From contig OY764159.1 in the NCBI GenBank assembly GCA_963668175.1, positions 1,312,001-1,376,000 of the forward strand: DNA of 64,000 nucleotides, in the 5' to 3' direction. The DNA is from Syntrophales bacterium. GTDB lineage: Bacteria; Desulfobacterota; Syntrophia; Syntrophales; PHBD01. Positions 62,010-64,000 of this stretch are shown here, one piece after another (position 1 is the first letter of the stretch; each line of letters begins with the position of its first letter). A program made the translations under genes and the position numbers. The notes below the pieces were generated by a model. It had not been told where the DNA came from, ran no database searches, and saw only the letters and a list, made by a program, of their open reading frames with translations.

Positions 62010-63689
62010 CTATGCCACTTTGAATTCACTGATCCGGTTGGTCTTCGGGTCAATGATATGGACGGCGCAGGCCATGCAGGGATCGAAGGAATGGATCGTC
62101 CTTATGATTTCCAGCGGCTGGTCCGCTTTGGCCAGTTTGGTGCCGATGAGCGATTCCTCATAGGGCCCTCTCAGGCCTGCCTTGTCACGCGGCGAGCAGT
62201 TCCAGGTCGAGGGGACGACCGCCTGGTAATTGGCGATCACCTTGTTTTCGATCCGGATCCAGTGTCCGAGGGCGCCGCGCGGCGGCTCGGTGAGCCCGCG
62301 TCCTTCGCCCTTGTCCGGAACGTCGCAGCGGGTCCAGGTCCGGGTATCGCCGGCCTTGATGTTCTTGACCAGTTCGTTGACCCAATCCTCGATGTGGTCG
62401 CCGACATACTTGGTTTCGAGGGCCCTTGCCGCCGTCCTTCCGAGGGTGGAGAAAAGAACGGTCGCGGGGAGTCCCGTAGCCTTCAGGGTCTGGTCCACGA
62501 GGGGTTTGATCTCCTTGTGTCCCTGGGCATAGGCGACGATGAAACGCGCCAGGGGGCCGACTTCGTAGGGCTGGGATTCGTAGCGAGGCGCTTTGCACCA
62601 GGAGTACTTTTCGTTGCCCTTCAGGTTGCCGTTGGCGTCGTAGCCCGTGTATTCCGGATCGGTCGTTCCCTTGTAGGGATGCTGCGGTTCGGAACCCTTG
62701 TACCACGAATGGGTTGCCTCTTCGGTGATCTTGGTGTCGTCCATCTTCAGAGGCTTGGCCAGGTCTCTTCCTTTGACGATGCCCCTGGGGAAGAGGAGGT
62801 TGTTCCACTCGTCGTCGAGGGGGAAGCCGCCGTAGGCGAGATAATTTTTGACGCCGCCGCCGACACCTTCGAGGCCTTCACCCTTGTAGTAGGTGGCCGC
62901 CAGGAGGACGTCGGGGATGTAGGCCGTTTCGACGAAGTTCTTCAGCTCTTTCAGCCGGAAAAGGTATTCGCCGATGCGGGAGACGTCGAAGGCGTCCATG
63001 GCGCAAGTGACGCCGCCGACGACCAGCGTCTGCGGATGGGGGTTCTTGCCGCCGAAGATCGCCATCATCTGGGCGCCGAGCTTGGAGACCTGCAGGGCGT
63101 CGAGGTAATGGGAAACGATGATGAGGTTGGCTTCCGGCGGAAGCTTGTAGGAGGGGTTCCCCCAGTAAGCATTGGCGAACGGCCCCAGGCGCCCCTGCTT
63201 GACGAACTTGGTGAGGCGGTCCTGCACGGCCTTGTAGTGGGTCGCCGAGCAGTTGTACGGATTAGCGCAGTAGCCTTTGGCCATGTCCACGGCCTTCTTG
63301 GGATCGGCCGACAGGGCGCTGACGATGTCCACCCAGTCCAGACCGTGCAGGTGGTAGAAATGCATGATGTGGTCGTAAAGATACTGGGCGCCGTTGATGA
63401 GGTTTCTTACGATACGGGCATTGGGCGGCGGTTTGATCTTGAAGGCGTCTTCGCAGGCCAGGATGGCCGCTTCGTAATGGGCGTAAGTACAGACGCCGCA
63501 GAATCTCTGCACCATGAGGCCTGCATCCCTGGGGTCCCTGCCCTTGAGGATGGTCTCGATGCCGCGCCACAAGGTGATGCTGCTCCATGCATCCTTGATG
63601 ACGTTGTTGTTGTCAAGTTCGACTTCTATCCTTAAATGTCCTTCGATTCTGGTAATCGGATCGACAATGATTCTCTTTGACATGCTCAT
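62010..63689 (-). CDS. Group 1 membrane-bound [NiFe] hydrogenase large subunit
   Basis: DPITRIEGHL, L1 QRFCGVC, PRGALGHW, L2 FDPCMACAVH plus cleavable C-terminal extension; Cys rather than Sec in L2. Confidence 0.96.
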   Translation of the reverse strand: MSMSKRIIVDPITRIEGHLRIEVELDNNNVIKDAWSSITLWRGIETILKGRDPRDAGLMVQRFCGVCTYAHYEAAILACEDAFKIKPPPNARIVRNLINGAQYLYDHIMHFYHLHGLDWVDIVSALSADPKKAVDMAKGYCANPYNCSATHYKAVQDRLTKFVKQGRLGPFANAYWGNPSYKLPPEANLIIVSHYLDALQVSKLGAQMMAIFGGKNPHPQTLVVGGVTCAMDAFDVSRIGEYLFRLKELKNFVETAYIPDVLLAATYYKGEGLEGVGGGVKNYLAYGGFPLDDEWNNLLFPRGIVKGRDLAKPLKMDDTKITEEATHSWYKGSEPQHPYKGTTDPEYTGYDANGNLKGNEKYSWCKAPRYESQPYEVGPLARFIVAYAQGHKEIKPLVDQTLKATGLPATVLFSTLGRTAARALETKYVGDHIEDWVNELVKNIKAGDTRTWTRCDVPDKGEGRGLTEPPRGALGHWIRIENKVIANYQAVVPSTWNCSPRDKAGLRGPYEESLIGTKLAKADQPLEIIRTIHSFDPCMACAVHIIDPKTNRISEFKVA

Positions 63690-63704
63690 TCCTCCCCGGA
63701 ACTG

Positions 63705-64000
63705 TTATTCCTTTTGTGTGGTCTCTTCTTTTTCGCCATTGCCGTCTTTATGGCGGATGGCCGTCAGTCCGGCATGAGCGGCGACACCTACGGCCGTGAC
63801 ACCCAGCAGGGCGGCCCCGATCGTGTCTAACGTGCGCCCGCCGCCACCAAACGTATCCTCGTGGATCGGCTTCTCCAGCGGAGCCATCGTATCCCAGAAT
63901 GCGGGCTCCGTGCAGCCGATGCAGCCGTGACCGGCCATGACCGGCCAGGAAATGGCGTCGTTGAAGCGTACCTTGCTGCAATTGGCGAAGGTGTAAGGAC
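63705..64000 (-). CDS. [NiFe] hydrogenase small subunit, C-terminal part (5' end outside window)
   Basis: GPYTFANC...FN...[17 protein letters not shown]-terminal TM anchor with conserved His. Confidence 0.92.
   Translation of the reverse strand, partial: PYTFANCSKVRFNDAISWPVMAGHGCIGCTEPAFWDTMAPLEKPIHEDTFGGGGRTLDTIGAALLGVTAVGVAAHAGLTAIRHKDGNGEKEETTQKE

Noticed and set aside
62010..62110. [NiFeSe] hydrogenase
   Set aside because: The L2 motif is DPCMAC with Cys codons and no in-frame UGA.
62058..63635. 525-aa plus-strand ORF (likewise 3178-4830 and 54647-55972)
   Set aside because: Antisense shadows of well-supported genes.

Overview
GC-rich bacterial chromosomal window. Gene content (Hyp/Hyd, FdnGHI, pan leaders, Geobacter-type repeat, NikR-NikMNQO) points to an anaerobic Desulfobacterota/deltaproteobacterium, possibly Syntrophales-like (inference). 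It is mostly core metabolism: patatin, lytic transglycosylase, Fe-S flavoprotein, macrodomain, a circularly permuted iPGM, pcm-nlpD, radical SAM, ModF-like ATPase, pxpABC plus a LIV-type ABC importer, panC-panD, J-domain protein, a stand-alone sigma70-region-4 mini-protein, MrfAB-like helicase/exonuclease, pepA, oppDF, cspA, miaA, a PPIase, moaE, a GGDEF protein, an ADP-forming acyl-CoA ligase and panG-panB. A ~21 kb metal/energy cluster follows: nikR-nikMNQO, modBC-fmdE, fdnGHI-fdhE (selenocysteine, and fdnG carries a 1-nt frameshift), hypABCDEF and a membrane-bound [NiFe] hydrogenase. No rRNA, tRNA, CRISPR, transposase or prophage was recognised. Top candidates: (1) a 94-aa Cys-rich sigma-region-4-only protein whose promoter carries a perfect inverted repeat of the TTGACA -35 hexamer; (2) the circularly permuted phosphoglycerate mutase; (3) an unrecognised, highly nested ~215-nt structured intergenic element at 516-733; (4) two pan-motif leaders with visible terminator/antiterminator switches; (5) an 18-bp palindromic operator shared by the mod and fdn promoters; (6) modular MITE-like elements whose ends coincide with TAG stop codons. 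All calls come from reading the sequence by eye; no searches or folding were run.
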